A DNA stretch of 64,000 nt from Candidatus Babeliales bacterium (GTDB taxonomy: Bacteria; Babelota; Babeliae; Babelales; JBFXEV01): NCBI GenBank assembly GCA_050179755.1, contig JBFXEV010000001.1:1193994-1257993 (forward strand), written 5' to 3'. A model generated the notes under the pieces. That model saw only the letters and a list, made by a program, of their open reading frames with translations. It did no database searches and had not been told where the DNA came from. Both the position numbers and the translations under genes were made by a program. Positions 1-9,364 of the stretch are shown here, piece by piece. Numbering within the stretch: the first letter of the stretch is position 1; the number at the start of each line of letters is the position of its first letter.

Positions 1-174
1 TTCAAAAGACTTTGGGTGACTGATGGACGGCATCATTTTGATTCGTTCTTCTATAATCCAGAAGCGTATTGCTATAAAGTGAATAAATTTATAACAAAGG
101 TAGTTGAAGGTAAAATTGTTGATAAACAACCCGTGAAGGTTACAGGTCTTACCGAAAGGAATAAGAAATGTTAA
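1..174 (+). CDS. 3' end of probable alpha/beta hydrolase (partial)
   Basis: Frame 1 is open from the window edge: FKRLWVTDGRHHFDSFFYNPEAYCYKVNKFI...KKC*. It resembles the catalytic-His C-terminal segment of alpha/beta hydrolases. Confidence 0.5.
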   Translation, partial: FKRLWVTDGRHHFDSFFYNPEAYCYKVNKFITKVVEGKIVDKQPVKVTGLTERNKKC

Positions 175-210
175 TAATCATGGTTGTAAAAGTAAAAAAG
201 GAGAGTAGTC

Positions 211-921
211 ATGAAACGTTTATTGATATTGATAGGAGCACTTATAATTAGTGCTCAAACAGGGGCCATAGTATATACCCCACAGAGTCAAAATGCTTTT
301 AATAATTTGCTTGAGCAAAATCCATATGCAGTAGTGCATTTTATTAATTATGACAAAGTAGCTGATGATAAGCTTACAGAGCTTGCATTGAGTGAGATGA
401 AAGATGCATTTGGAAAAGCGGCAATGGACCCGCAGTATTTGCGCGCCAATATTGCGTTTATTGGCATTAACTCACGAATTGTTCCTAATCTAATTTCTGA
501 TATTGAAGCAAAGAATAGTCTTAAGAAAGGTGATAGCGCATCACATTTTTCAGATGTGTTTTTATATAACAATGGTTCTCCTGTAAAGGATAGCACTGGT
601 TACTTGGCAACACTTACCGATGCTTTTGATCAATCAGATCTTGGTGTCTTCATACAACAATATTTAGGTGATTATATTTCATATAAAGTGCAACAAGCAC
701 AAGCTTATCAAGTTTCACAGCCCACGACGGTAACAACTCGGTATGTTGAGCGACCTGTTTATACATATACTAGCAGACCATATTATGACTATGACGATGA
801 TTATTACTATTATCGGCGTAGACCCCGATTGGGCATTGGCTTTGGCTGGGGTGGCGGCTGGGGCTGGGGAAGACGCGGTTGGGGTTGGGGCCCTGGTGTC
901 GGCTTTGGCATAGGATTTTAA
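211..921 (+). CDS. Secreted protein with Tyr/Arg- and Gly/Trp-rich tail
   Basis: RBS AAGGAGAG; signal peptide; possible Cys-less thioredoxin-like N domain; tail YYYYRRRPR-GWGGGWGWG...GFGIGF. Confidence 0.75.
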   Translation: MKRLLILIGALIISAQTGAIVYTPQSQNAFNNLLEQNPYAVVHFINYDKVADDKLTELALSEMKDAFGKAAMDPQYLRANIAFIGINSRIVPNLISDIEAKNSLKKGDSASHFSDVFLYNNGSPVKDSTGYLATLTDAFDQSDLGVFIQQYLGDYISYKVQQAQAYQVSQPTTVTTRYVERPVYTYTSRPYYDYDDDYYYYRRRPRLGIGFGWGGGWGWGRRGWGWGPGVGFGIGF

Positions 922-940
922 TTAATTTTAAGGAAATATC

Positions 941-2353
941 ATGAAGTTTCACGTTATAGCAAGAAGCTTATTAGCATTTACGATCGCGTTTGCGGCGATG
1001 AATGCACAGGCAATTCCGTATTTGGAAAGTGAGTCACAAGTTACAAATTTTGTACGTACGCATGGCAAATCGGCACTTTTGGTCATTGATAGAACAAAAG
1101 TAAGCGATCCAGAGCAATTTAGAAAGTTACGGCAAGATTTTGCAGTGGCTACTAATACTCCAGAGTATCAAAAAACAGGTGCTGCTTTTGCGGTAACTGA
1201 AACTTCAGCGCTTTCGCCTGATATGCTTTATGATCTTGATATGCAAGATGACCCTGCAACTATGGCTTTTTTTGAAAAAGGCCAATTGCTTACTGGTCAA
1301 GATCAAGAAGGTGACGAACCGCGCGAACCTTATCAATTTTCTCAAGAAGAAGTAGGGCAAGCAGTTGCTGCAGTGCCACAAACAACTTATACCGAACCAA
1401 TTTATACAGAATATACACAGCCTGTTGAAACTCAATATGTTGAAACACCTGTATATACCACAAATTATTATGATACAGATTATTATGATTCCGGCTATTA
1501 TCCCGGTTATTGGGGTTGGGGCACCGGATCGTGGTTCTGGCCATTGCTCGCAGGTTGGGGCTTTGGTTGGGGCGCTGGCTGGTGGTCAAATTGGGGTCGC
1601 CCATGGAATAGGCGCGATTGGGATCGCCCACGGCATCATGGAAGACCAGGTGGTCGACCAGGCCAAGGAAGGCCCGGAAGACCAGACGGTAGACCAGGTA
1701 GACCAGGAAGGCCAGACGGTAGACCAGGAAGGCCAGGTCAAGGCGGAAGGCCAGGAAGGCCAGATGGCAGACCAGGACAAGGCGGCAGACCGGGCCAAAG
1801 ACCAGGACAAGGTGGACGACCAGGGCAAGGTGGTGCTGGAACGCGGCCAGGGCAAGGTGTAAGACCAGGCCAGGGTGGCGCAGGAACTCGACCGGGAATA
1901 GGACAAATTGGAACTGCGGGCGCAGGAGCGGCGGCAGGTATTGCTGCTGCACGTCCAGGAGCAGGCACAAGACCAGCAGGATCTCGTCCTGCCGGCTCAC
2001 GACCAGCGGGAGCAGGTACTCGTCCAACAACACGACCAGCAACAGGCGCTCGCCCAGTAGGTGCTGCACCACGAGCTGGTGGCACATATGTAAATCGCTA
2101 TGGCGGCGGTGCGCGACCTGCAGCGGTAAGTAGGCCTTCAGGCGGCGGCTATCGTGGCTCTAGCATATCTCGTGGCGGCGGCGCTATGCGCTCAGGTGGC
2201 GCACGAATGGGCGGAATGCGCTCAGGCGGAATGCGTGGCGGCGGAATGCGAGGAGGCGGAATGCGAGGCGGCGGAATGCGAGGCGGCGGAATGCGAGGAG
2301 GCGGAATGCGAGGCGGCGGAATGCGAGGCGGCGGAGGCCGTGGACGCCGATAA
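941..2353 (+). CDS. Secreted low-complexity protein (GW, GRPG and GGGMR repeats), probable paralog of 211..921
   Basis: Signal peptide (AQA); N domain, YVE.PVYT linker and GWG segment resemble the upstream gene; followed by GRPG/GQG and (GGGMR)n repeats. Confidence 0.75.
   Translation: MKFHVIARSLLAFTIAFAAMNAQAIPYLESESQVTNFVRTHGKSALLVIDRTKVSDPEQFRKLRQDFAVATNTPEYQKTGAAFAVTETSALSPDMLYDLDMQDDPATMAFFEKGQLLTGQDQEGDEPREPYQFSQEEVGQAVAAVPQTTYTEPIYTEYTQPVETQYVETPVYTTNYYDTDYYDSGYYPGYWGWGTGSWFWPLLAGWGFGWGAGWWSNWGRPWNRRDWDRPRHHGRPGGRPGQGRPGRPDGRPGRPGRPDGRPGRPGQGGRPGRPDGRPGQGGRPGQRPGQGGRPGQGGAGTRPGQGVRPGQGGAGTRPGIGQIGTAGAGAAAGIAAARPGAGTRPAGSRPAGSRPAGAGTRPTTRPATGARPVGAAPRAGGTYVNRYGGGARPAAVSRPSGGGYRGSSISRGGGAMRSGGARMGGMRSGGMRGGGMRGGGMRGGGMRGGGMRGGGMRGGGMRGGGGRGRR
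1641..1880 (+). repeat. Imperfect coding repeats GRPG/GQGG
   Basis: Recurrent AGACCAGG/AGGCCAGG/CAAGG units. Confidence 0.8.
2210..2335 (+). repeat. 15-bp tandem repeat (GGCGGAATGCGAGGC), about 8 copies, coding GGMRG
   Basis: 15-nt periodicity directly visible. Confidence 0.95.
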
Positions 2354-2383
2354 TTTAAGAATGTAAAAATGGGGGAGACATTC

Positions 2384-2695
2384 ATGAAGGTAATCAAAAC
2401 GGTGCTTATAGCCGTGCTGCTTTTCGGGGCATGCACGGGCCAAGCACGTAAAAAACACATGTGTGCGCAAGCAAAATCAGCTTGCGCACAAATTTCTGAT
2501 GATACACCAAAACGTTGTGCATTAAAGCCACGTACGCGGCGCAATAATTGTCCGCCACCGGAATATGGCTTAGACTGCGATTCGTGTTGCTATCAATCAT
2601 ATAGAACACCTGGGTATTTCCCCAATGCATTTAGGCCTTATTACGGTGATGGCTATTTTGGTAGACGACCGGGTAACTTTAACTTTGCTTGGTAA
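2384..2695 (+). CDS. Small secreted Cys/Tyr-rich protein
   Basis: GGGGGAG RBS before ATG 2384 (ORF track starts 2369); signal peptide; multiple Cys; aromatic C-terminus. Confidence 0.6.
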   Translation: MKVIKTVLIAVLLFGACTGQARKKHMCAQAKSACAQISDDTPKRCALKPRTRRNNCPPPEYGLDCDSCCYQSYRTPGYFPNAFRPYYGDGYFGRRPGNFNFAW

Positions 2696-2701
2696 GACGC
2701 T

Positions 2702-3013
2702 ATGAAGTTGCTAAAAATACTTATAGTTGTTGGCGTATGCATGTTGTATGGTTATTCAATGCAATGTATGTTTGCGCACAATGAAGACTTATGCATATCA
2801 GAATGTAGTTACGTATATGAGCCGCTAGCAGAGTATCAAGAAATAGGTGACTACTGTGATTTTGGGTATGAGTATCAGCCAGCTTATAGAACGCGCACCG
2901 GGCAGGTTTATTATCAGTTCCCGCATTATAATGGCGGCGGTGCTGATTTTGGCTGTGAATATGATACCTATAATTATGGTCGCGGCAGTGAATATTACCA
3001 AGATTGTTGGTAG
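2702..3013 (+). CDS. Small secreted Tyr/Cys-rich protein
   Basis: Signal-like N-terminus; Tyr-rich; starts 6 nt after the previous gene. Confidence 0.6.
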   Translation: MKLLKILIVVGVCMLYGYSMQCMFAHNEDLCISECSYVYEPLAEYQEIGDYCDFGYEYQPAYRTRTGQVYYQFPHYNGGGADFGCEYDTYNYGRGSEYYQDCW

Positions 3014-3054
3014 AAAATAAGCCGTTCAACATTTTTTATGGTACGGTTTACTTT

Positions 3055-3588
3055 TTATTCATGAATTAATTGATGCAATTTTATTGCTGCGTTGAATTGT
3101 TTTTTGGTGAATTCACCAAAAAAAGCAACATCTGCTTTGCCAATAATGGTTACGCTTTGTTCTAGAATTTTTTTCCCTAATGGCGTAATGCTTGGGTGAA
3201 TGCACTTCCCCTCCCCGGTATGTTTACGTTTGATGAACTTCTTTTCCTCACGCGTGATAAACACTTGTGAACTGCCTTTCGCGTCTAGATCTGCAAGTCG
3301 ACTTACTTCCATTTGAGTAACTTTTTTTCCGTCTTTGGTTAAATAATCCAGTGTTGCAAGAAGAACAAATTGGGGATAAGTGATGTTTAATGGCTTTAAA
3401 GCCCTTTCCATGGCATAGCGCCATTGTTTGCCAAGATGCCAAATCGTTGCTCCAATAAAACTTTTTAGCTCTCCACAATTGGTAGGTACACTATGGCAAT
3501 CACTATAAGCCTGTTCATGAGCGTTCGTGCCATAACAGAACAATAAGCAGCAGAATAATAGCCATGTACACACAATTTGTTTTTTCAT
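3055..3588 (-). CDS. MarR-family transcriptional regulator with signal-like N-extension
   Basis: LKPLNITYPQFVLLATL...TQMEVSRLADLD...ITPLGKKIL winged-helix MarR pattern. Confidence 0.8.
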   Translation of the reverse strand: MKKQIVCTWLLFCCLLFCYGTNAHEQAYSDCHSVPTNCGELKSFIGATIWHLGKQWRYAMERALKPLNITYPQFVLLATLDYLTKDGKKVTQMEVSRLADLDAKGSSQVFITREEKKFIKRKHTGEGKCIHPSITPLGKKILEQSVTIIGKADVAFFGEFTKKQFNAAIKLHQLIHE

Positions 3589-3947
3589 AAATATCCTTAT
3601 TGGTTATTTTTATCAACTAAAACGAGCTTAATAAATACCCTCAGTAGTTGTAAAGAATTGGGGCAGGACTCATGACTGATTGCGGTCGTGAATAGACTAC
3701 CCACATTTACGCTTGCCAGTGAGCGGGAATTTGAATGCCTGAAAATATTTTTCAATTTGAAATATCGACTTGGCGAACACACTTTTCTGGTGTTGGTCAA
3801 AATAAGAGAGCAGTCCTTGGTTTGAATTTCAGATAGGATTATTATGGGATATTTATATAATATTAATAGACAACTTAGTATTATTGTAGTAGTATTTAAG
3901 TAATTGTTTTCATCCGATTTTAGTATTAACTTGGAAGGTTTATCATA

Positions 3948-4463
3948 ATGAAACAAATTGTTTACCTAGCAGCCTTCGTTACTTTTATTTTAGGTTCAGT
4001 AACGCAAACGGCTCCCATACTTACCACTCCAGAGAAAAATATAATAATCTCTTGGTGTAATGATGAATATTCTTACGCACCAGACGATGTTAAATTTCTT
4101 TTGAAAGCGTTGTATGAATTTGTAGATGAATCATTTGTGCTCATGGAGCGTGCAGTTGATAGCATGGTAGTAAATCCTAATCTTATTTATCAATATAATC
4201 TTGAATGTAACATGCAAATTCAAGAATTGGCCAATTCTATACACGCTCGCGTAGGCCATTTGGTTGGCAAAAAAGAGATTTACCGTTTTCTTAACAATAA
4301 CACGCAAAAGTTAATGTCAGTTCCTTTGGTGGAGAAAATGTACGAGTTAGCTGGGCAAATGACTGCCTGTGCAATATCTCAAGACGTTAATCAGTTGAAC
4401 GTTATACGTAACGATATTCGTCAATTGCATCAAGATCTTCAAGAAATTGGCGCGTTATTATAA
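3948..4463 (+). CDS. Secreted helical hypothetical protein
   Basis: 171-aa ORF with signal peptide, followed by a terminator. Confidence 0.7.
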   Translation: MKQIVYLAAFVTFILGSVTQTAPILTTPEKNIIISWCNDEYSYAPDDVKFLLKALYEFVDESFVLMERAVDSMVVNPNLIYQYNLECNMQIQELANSIHARVGHLVGKKEIYRFLNNNTQKLMSVPLVEKMYELAGQMTACAISQDVNQLNVIRNDIRQLHQDLQEIGALL

Positions 4464-4486
4464 TACTTTAATTTCACAATGTTTTA

Positions 4487-4518
4487 CGGGCAGAGAGCAA
4501 TCTCTGCCCGTTTTATTT
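4487..4518 (+). terminator. Rho-independent terminator
   Basis: CGGGCAGAGA-GCAA-TCTCTGCCCG followed by TTTTATTT. Confidence 0.85.
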
Positions 4519-4619
4519 AAGCATTCTTTTGATCTTTAATTAATCCTCTTTCTGTTGTAGTACACTCTCGAAAAGCATATACTAATAGAGTTGTTTAAGA
4601 AAACAAGAAAAGGATTATT

Positions 4620-6146
4620 GTGCCAACTATTATCTGTAAAATTACCGATACACCAATTTTAGAAACCAAAGCGCTTGGTAAAGCATTTTTTGTTTCTAGC
4701 CCAGAAGCATTTCCTGAATCTACGCAAAAGTTATTCGGCGCGCATGCAAAGTCACTTATGCACTATGCAGCGCAACAAAACTTTACGGGGGAAATGGGCA
4801 CTTCACTCATACTGCCGGTGGTCAAAGATGATTCTATATCAACTATCATCATACTTGGTCTTGGTGCACGCCAAGGTAAAGACGGTAAAGATGGCATTTC
4901 GGTTGAAAATTATCGCCGAGCAATAGGCTCACTTATTCGTTTGAGTGAAAGCCTTAAGCTAGATACGCTTGCTATCACATTGCCAACAGAGCTTATCGAT
5001 AGTGTTTCAGCCCAATATTTGGCAGAACAAACTGCGCTTATTGCGCATATGGCCGTGTTTAAGCATGATGAATTTATAACAACCAAAAAACCACATGGTG
5101 GTTATACGTTAGAGATTTCTGTGCCAAAAGCTGAGCTTGAAAAAACAAAAGCTGCGGTAGAAAAAGGCACGTTGCTCGCTACCATGGTTAATCGTACACG
5201 TGATTGGATCGATACGCCTCCTTCTCGTTTAACGCCGCCTCATTTGGCAGATTATGCGTTAGAAATTGCTGAGCGTCACAAAATGCCAATAACAATTTTT
5301 GATGAACCAACCATTAATAAAATGGGCATGGGCGGCCTTGCAGGCGTTTCAGTGGGTTCTGAGCTTGATTGCCGTTTTGTAGCTATGGAATATTGGTATG
5401 ACAAAAAGGCGCCAACTATTGCATTTGTGGGCAAAGGCATAACGTTTGATTCTGGTGGGTTAAGCATAAAGCCTGCTGAAAGCATGGAAAACATGAAAGA
5501 TGATATGTCTGGTGCTGCGTGTGTTATCAACGCTATGGACGCTATCGCCACTCTTAAACCAAAAGTAAACGTTATTGGCATTGCACCACTTGCAGAAAAT
5601 TTACCAAGTGGCAACGCCGTAAAGCCGGGTGACGTGCTTAAGTTTTATAATGGTATGACAGCCGAAGTTAAAAATACTGATGCCGAAGGTCGTCTGATAT
5701 TGGCTGATGCACTTTCTTATGCAGTTAAGCATTACTCGCCTGATGCGATTATTGATATTGCAACATTGACTGGTGCATGCGCTTTTGCTCTTGGGCCATT
5801 TTATGCGGGAATAATGGGCAAGGACGAAGAATTGCTTGCGCGCGTAGAGAAAGCTTCAAAAACCACTGGTGAACGTGTTTGGCGTCTACCGTTTGATGAC
5901 GACTATAAGCCAGCGATTCGCTCTAATATTGCTGATTTAAGTAATATTGGTAGCAGGCGGTATAATGCGGGCGCAATTACTGCAGGATTCTTTTTGTATC
6001 CTTTTGTAAATAATACACCATGGGTACACATTGATATTGCAGGTCCTGCTTATGACGTGCCTGATATAAGTTATTTTAGGCCGCAAAGTGCAACGGGTGC
6101 AGGAGTGCGTTTACTTGTAGAGCTTGCGTGTACTTGGGTAAAATAA
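4620..6146 (+). CDS. pepA: Leucyl aminopeptidase (M17)
   Basis: VGKGITFDSGGLSIK, MKDDMSGAA, NTDAEGRLILADAL, DIATLTGA. Confidence 0.95.
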   Translation: MPTIICKITDTPILETKALGKAFFVSSPEAFPESTQKLFGAHAKSLMHYAAQQNFTGEMGTSLILPVVKDDSISTIIILGLGARQGKDGKDGISVENYRRAIGSLIRLSESLKLDTLAITLPTELIDSVSAQYLAEQTALIAHMAVFKHDEFITTKKPHGGYTLEISVPKAELEKTKAAVEKGTLLATMVNRTRDWIDTPPSRLTPPHLADYALEIAERHKMPITIFDEPTINKMGMGGLAGVSVGSELDCRFVAMEYWYDKKAPTIAFVGKGITFDSGGLSIKPAESMENMKDDMSGAACVINAMDAIATLKPKVNVIGIAPLAENLPSGNAVKPGDVLKFYNGMTAEVKNTDAEGRLILADALSYAVKHYSPDAIIDIATLTGACAFALGPFYAGIMGKDEELLARVEKASKTTGERVWRLPFDDDYKPAIRSNIADLSNIGSRRYNAGAITAGFFLYPFVNNTPWVHIDIAGPAYDVPDISYFRPQSATGAGVRLLVELACTWVK

Positions 6147-6180
6147 ATCATTTGATATAGACAACTCTAGGAGTTTTATT

Positions 6181-6930
6181 ATGAATAACGTATCATTGTT
6201 TCGTTTGTCTTTGTTAGTTTTTAGTTTTGCAAGCATAGTAATTTTCAGCAATGCTGATGATGCTGCTAATAGCAGTAATTTTGGTGAAAAAGTAAAAGAA
6301 CAAGCAAAGCGTGGTGTTGAATGGACCAAGGAGCAATGCAGGGTTGCTTCAGAAGAAATTAAAAAAACTGCGGCTAATGGCACAGCAAAATGGCGAGCCT
6401 TCACGGATGAGGCTCGAGCGGTAGCAAATGATCGTTTGGGCACTAACTTTACGCGTAAGCGCGAAGAGAATAATCCAAAGCCAGGACGCGTGCAAATTGC
6501 GCAGCAATCACCGGCTGATATTGAACTTGCAGTTCCGTTTGAAATTAAAGAGGGTCAAAAGCCTACCGGCTCACAGCCTATTGTGCGTGGTGGTCGAGTT
6601 TTGTCTGAAGAAGTTGAAATTAGCGGCGAAAAAGTTAACATACTATCCACTGATTTGCCAAATGATGCTTCATGGTTTGCATGGTTAGAAACAGAAGAAG
6701 GCAAAAAGTTTGCCCTTGGTGCAATTGCGGTGGTTACCATTTGTGGTGTAACGTATCTTCTCTATAAGAATCGCGTGCCGCAACGTATATATGGTTATGT
6801 TGTTAAAAATCCAATTAGATCATTAGTCTCAACAGCATGTGTGCTTGGGGTTGTCGCTTATATTGCGCAGCAACGTGGCATAACAGTTAATTCAGTGAAA
6901 GATTGCTTCTGTTTGCCGTTCACAGCATAA
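6181..6930 (+). CDS. Secreted/membrane hypothetical protein
   Basis: AGGAG RBS, signal peptide, two C-terminal hydrophobic segments. Confidence 0.7.
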   Translation: MNNVSLFRLSLLVFSFASIVIFSNADDAANSSNFGEKVKEQAKRGVEWTKEQCRVASEEIKKTAANGTAKWRAFTDEARAVANDRLGTNFTRKREENNPKPGRVQIAQQSPADIELAVPFEIKEGQKPTGSQPIVRGGRVLSEEVEISGEKVNILSTDLPNDASWFAWLETEEGKKFALGAIAVVTICGVTYLLYKNRVPQRIYGYVVKNPIRSLVSTACVLGVVAYIAQQRGITVNSVKDCFCLPFTA

Positions 6931-6958
6931 TACTATAGATCAATTAAATAAATTGTTT

Positions 6959-6995
6959 TAAGCGCGGATGTCAAAAAGATGTCCGCGCTTTTTTG
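6959..6995 (+). terminator. Rho-independent terminator
   Basis: AGCGCGGATGTC-AAAAA-GATGTCCGCGCT (stem with G-U pairs) then T-run. Confidence 0.75.
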
Positions 6996-7057
6996 TTGTC
7001 TTGCAATTAATGCACGCGTTAGGGTAGGGTGATAAATGATGGAAAAAAAAACAAGGA

Positions 7058-7708
7058 ATGTGTATGTGGTGTATAGTAGTAGCATTGATGTGCTTTGCAG
7101 GAGAGGGTGCAGTAATGGCAAAAAAAAGATCTTTACGAGAGTATCACAAAAAGAGAGATTTTGCCGTTTCGCCAGAACCTAAGGGTAAAGTAACCTCTAA
7201 AAGAAAATCTCCAATTTTTGTTATTCAAAAACATGATGCCACGAGTTTGCATTATGATGTACGCTTAGAAATCGATGGCGTGTTAGTTTCATGGGCTGTG
7301 CCAAAAGGGCCTTCATTAAATCCAGCAATTAAGCATTTGGCGGTGATGACAGAAGATCATCCTATGGACTATGCTGATTTTGAAGGTGTTATACCCAAAG
7401 GTGAATATGGTGCAGGTCCTGTGATGGTGTGGGATACAGGAACATATACAAATATTAAAACTAAGAATGGCAAATTAGTGCCTATGCATGAGTGCTTAAA
7501 GCAAGGGCATATTGAAGTGTTTTTGGAGGGCAGTAAAATTAACGGCGCATTTTCTTTAGTGAGAACACATTATCAAGATAATCCTAAAAATTGGTTGCTT
7601 ATAAAAATGAAAGATGAATTTTCAAGCGCCAAAAAGAATCCGGTTAATACGCAAAATAAATCAGTATTGACTGGTAGAAGCATGGCACAAATTAAAAAGG
7701 CAGGTTAA
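7058..7708 (+). CDS. Stand-alone DNA ligase D 3'-phosphoesterase (PE) domain protein
   Basis: LREYHKKRDF..SPEP, FVIQKHDATSLHYDVRLEIDGVLVSWAVPKGPS, TEDHPMDYADFEGVIPKGEYGAGPVMVWD. Alternative start ATG 7115. Confidence 0.92.
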   Translation: MCMWCIVVALMCFAGEGAVMAKKRSLREYHKKRDFAVSPEPKGKVTSKRKSPIFVIQKHDATSLHYDVRLEIDGVLVSWAVPKGPSLNPAIKHLAVMTEDHPMDYADFEGVIPKGEYGAGPVMVWDTGTYTNIKTKNGKLVPMHECLKQGHIEVFLEGSKINGAFSLVRTHYQDNPKNWLLIKMKDEFSSAKKNPVNTQNKSVLTGRSMAQIKKAG

Positions 7709-8436
7709 TGCGTATAACGTTTAGGGGAACTCGTGGCAATATTAAAGTGCGCTCAAAAGCGCATTATCGCCATACTGTGACCGAATTTGCATTTAGGAAT
7801 ACTAAGATTCTTATTGATTGCGGCCTTGATTGGTTATCACATGCCAAGAAATTGAGAGCAGACGCTTTGTTTGTTTCACACGCGCATCCTGATCATGTAG
7901 GCGGGCTTAAACGTGGTGTGCCATTTCCGGTGTATGCTACACAAGAAAGTTGGGATATTTTGGCAAATTATAAAATTGATGAACGTATTCTAATAAAGCC
8001 ACAACAGCCAATTTCTATTGGATCACTAATTGTTGAAGCTTTTTACGTAGAGCATTCATTTAATGCGCCAGCAATAGGTTATCGCATTAGTGCGGGCAAA
8101 ACTATTGTATTTTATGTTCCTGATGTTGCAAAAATTGTACATCCCCAAAAAGCATTATCTGGTGTGGATCTTTATATTGGTGACGGCGCAATAATTACAC
8201 GCACGTTATTGCTAAGAGAAAGCGACGGCATCATGCATGGTCATGCGCCTATTCTGGAGCAACTTGCGTGGTGCAAAAAGTATAAAGTGCCGCGCGCTAT
8301 TTTTACCCATTGCGGTACCGAGATAACTTTACAAGATTTTGGTAACATGCAAGAAATAATTCAAAAGCTTGGTGATGAATATGGCGTAGAAACGCAACTT
8401 GCATATGATGGATTAATTATCCCCAGATTATCTTGA
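7708..8436 (+). CDS. MBL-fold metallo-hydrolase
   Basis: ILIDCG, SHAHPDHVGG, VEHS, THC; TAATG coupling to the upstream gene. Confidence 0.88.
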   Translation: MRITFRGTRGNIKVRSKAHYRHTVTEFAFRNTKILIDCGLDWLSHAKKLRADALFVSHAHPDHVGGLKRGVPFPVYATQESWDILANYKIDERILIKPQQPISIGSLIVEAFYVEHSFNAPAIGYRISAGKTIVFYVPDVAKIVHPQKALSGVDLYIGDGAIITRTLLLRESDGIMHGHAPILEQLAWCKKYKVPRAIFTHCGTEITLQDFGNMQEIIQKLGDEYGVETQLAYDGLIIPRLS

Positions 8437-9247
8437 TACAGTCGGCATTAGTTAGGTTTTCAAAATTATTTCTTATGCCTTTGCCGCGCAATATTTCAGC
8501 TACTTCAGGCGCTCGAGCGCGTAAAATGCCTGCTGAAAAATTTATTAAATCATTACCAAATTGTGTACCATTTCGAATTTCGTCAGGTGTTATTTTGAAA
8601 TAACAATATGATTTTAAAAGGGCAAGTAGATCGAGATGAGCTAAATGTTCTTGGAGAGCGTTGCGATTAAAAGTTGTCTTGGTGAATGTTGGCGGCAAAT
8701 CAGTCCAGATTACTGCGGTGTAATTATGAGCTTGCGCCCAAGCCATTATGCGCTGAAGCATTGGATTTTGTTGATAGTAGTTATCACCAATTTGTCCTTT
8801 CTTGACCTCAATTGCTCCCGTATTGCCATTAAAATCTTTTCTACGATACGTTCTATTTAGTAGATTGATATAGCCAATGTTATCTGCGATTGTGCCTTCA
8901 CGTTCGCGCAAAGCAGCTATGGCATCATTTACATTATTACCATTAAATGTAGCAAAATAAGATTTTAATTCGCGCGCATTGATGCCGGGAGCAACCACTA
9001 GTGTTAAACGTCCATCATTGCTTTTCCGTGCATACTCAATACGCATGCCGGGGCCTTGTTGGCCATTGGATTTAAATCCATCTCGTTCTTTCAGTGGCAA
9101 ATTTCCAGGATTTTCTACTAAGGACCCAAATGCTAATATTGCAATGCGTTGGCCTGGTGCGTCCATGGCATTGGTTATATGTGTTTGCAGAAAGATAAAA
9201 CTAATCAAGGTGATTAATAGTTTATTTTTCATGAATAATCCCTTCAA
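8417..9247 (-). CDS. Secreted gamma-glutamylcyclotransferase-like protein
   Basis: IAILAFGSLV, EYARKSNDGRLTLV, LREREG resemble the GGCT/ChaC fold. Signal peptide ends NA-MD. Likely start 9232. Confidence 0.6.
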   Translation of the reverse strand: MKGLFMKNKLLITLISFIFLQTHITNAMDAPGQRIAILAFGSLVENPGNLPLKERDGFKSNGQQGPGMRIEYARKSNDGRLTLVVAPGINARELKSYFATFNGNNVNDAIAALREREGTIADNIGYINLLNRTYRRKDFNGNTGAIEVKKGQIGDNYYQQNPMLQRIMAWAQAHNYTAVIWTDLPPTFTKTTFNRNALQEHLAHLDLLALLKSYCYFKITPDEIRNGTQFGNDLINFSAGILRARAPEVAEILRGKGIRNNFENLTNADCIKIIWG

Positions 9248-9364
9248 GATACTTTAAATATATGTATGGGTGAAAACCCCATGTTTTGAGGATATCATTT
9301 TTGAAAGGATGATCGCAATGGTTTTGTTTTGAGGGCGAATCTTGTGTTTGAAGTCTACATGACT

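Noticed and set aside
2210..2335. Possible CRISPR array
   Set aside because: Contiguous 15-nt coding repeats with no spacers; no cas genes in the window.
1205..2544. Alternative-frame and antisense ORFs (PPPRI, AAECE, SHSAA repeats)
   Set aside because: Shadows of the GC-rich repeat region of 941..2353.
3597..3956. 119-aa minus-strand ORF
   Set aside because: No motif; spans an AT-rich divergent promoter region and overlaps the start of 3948.
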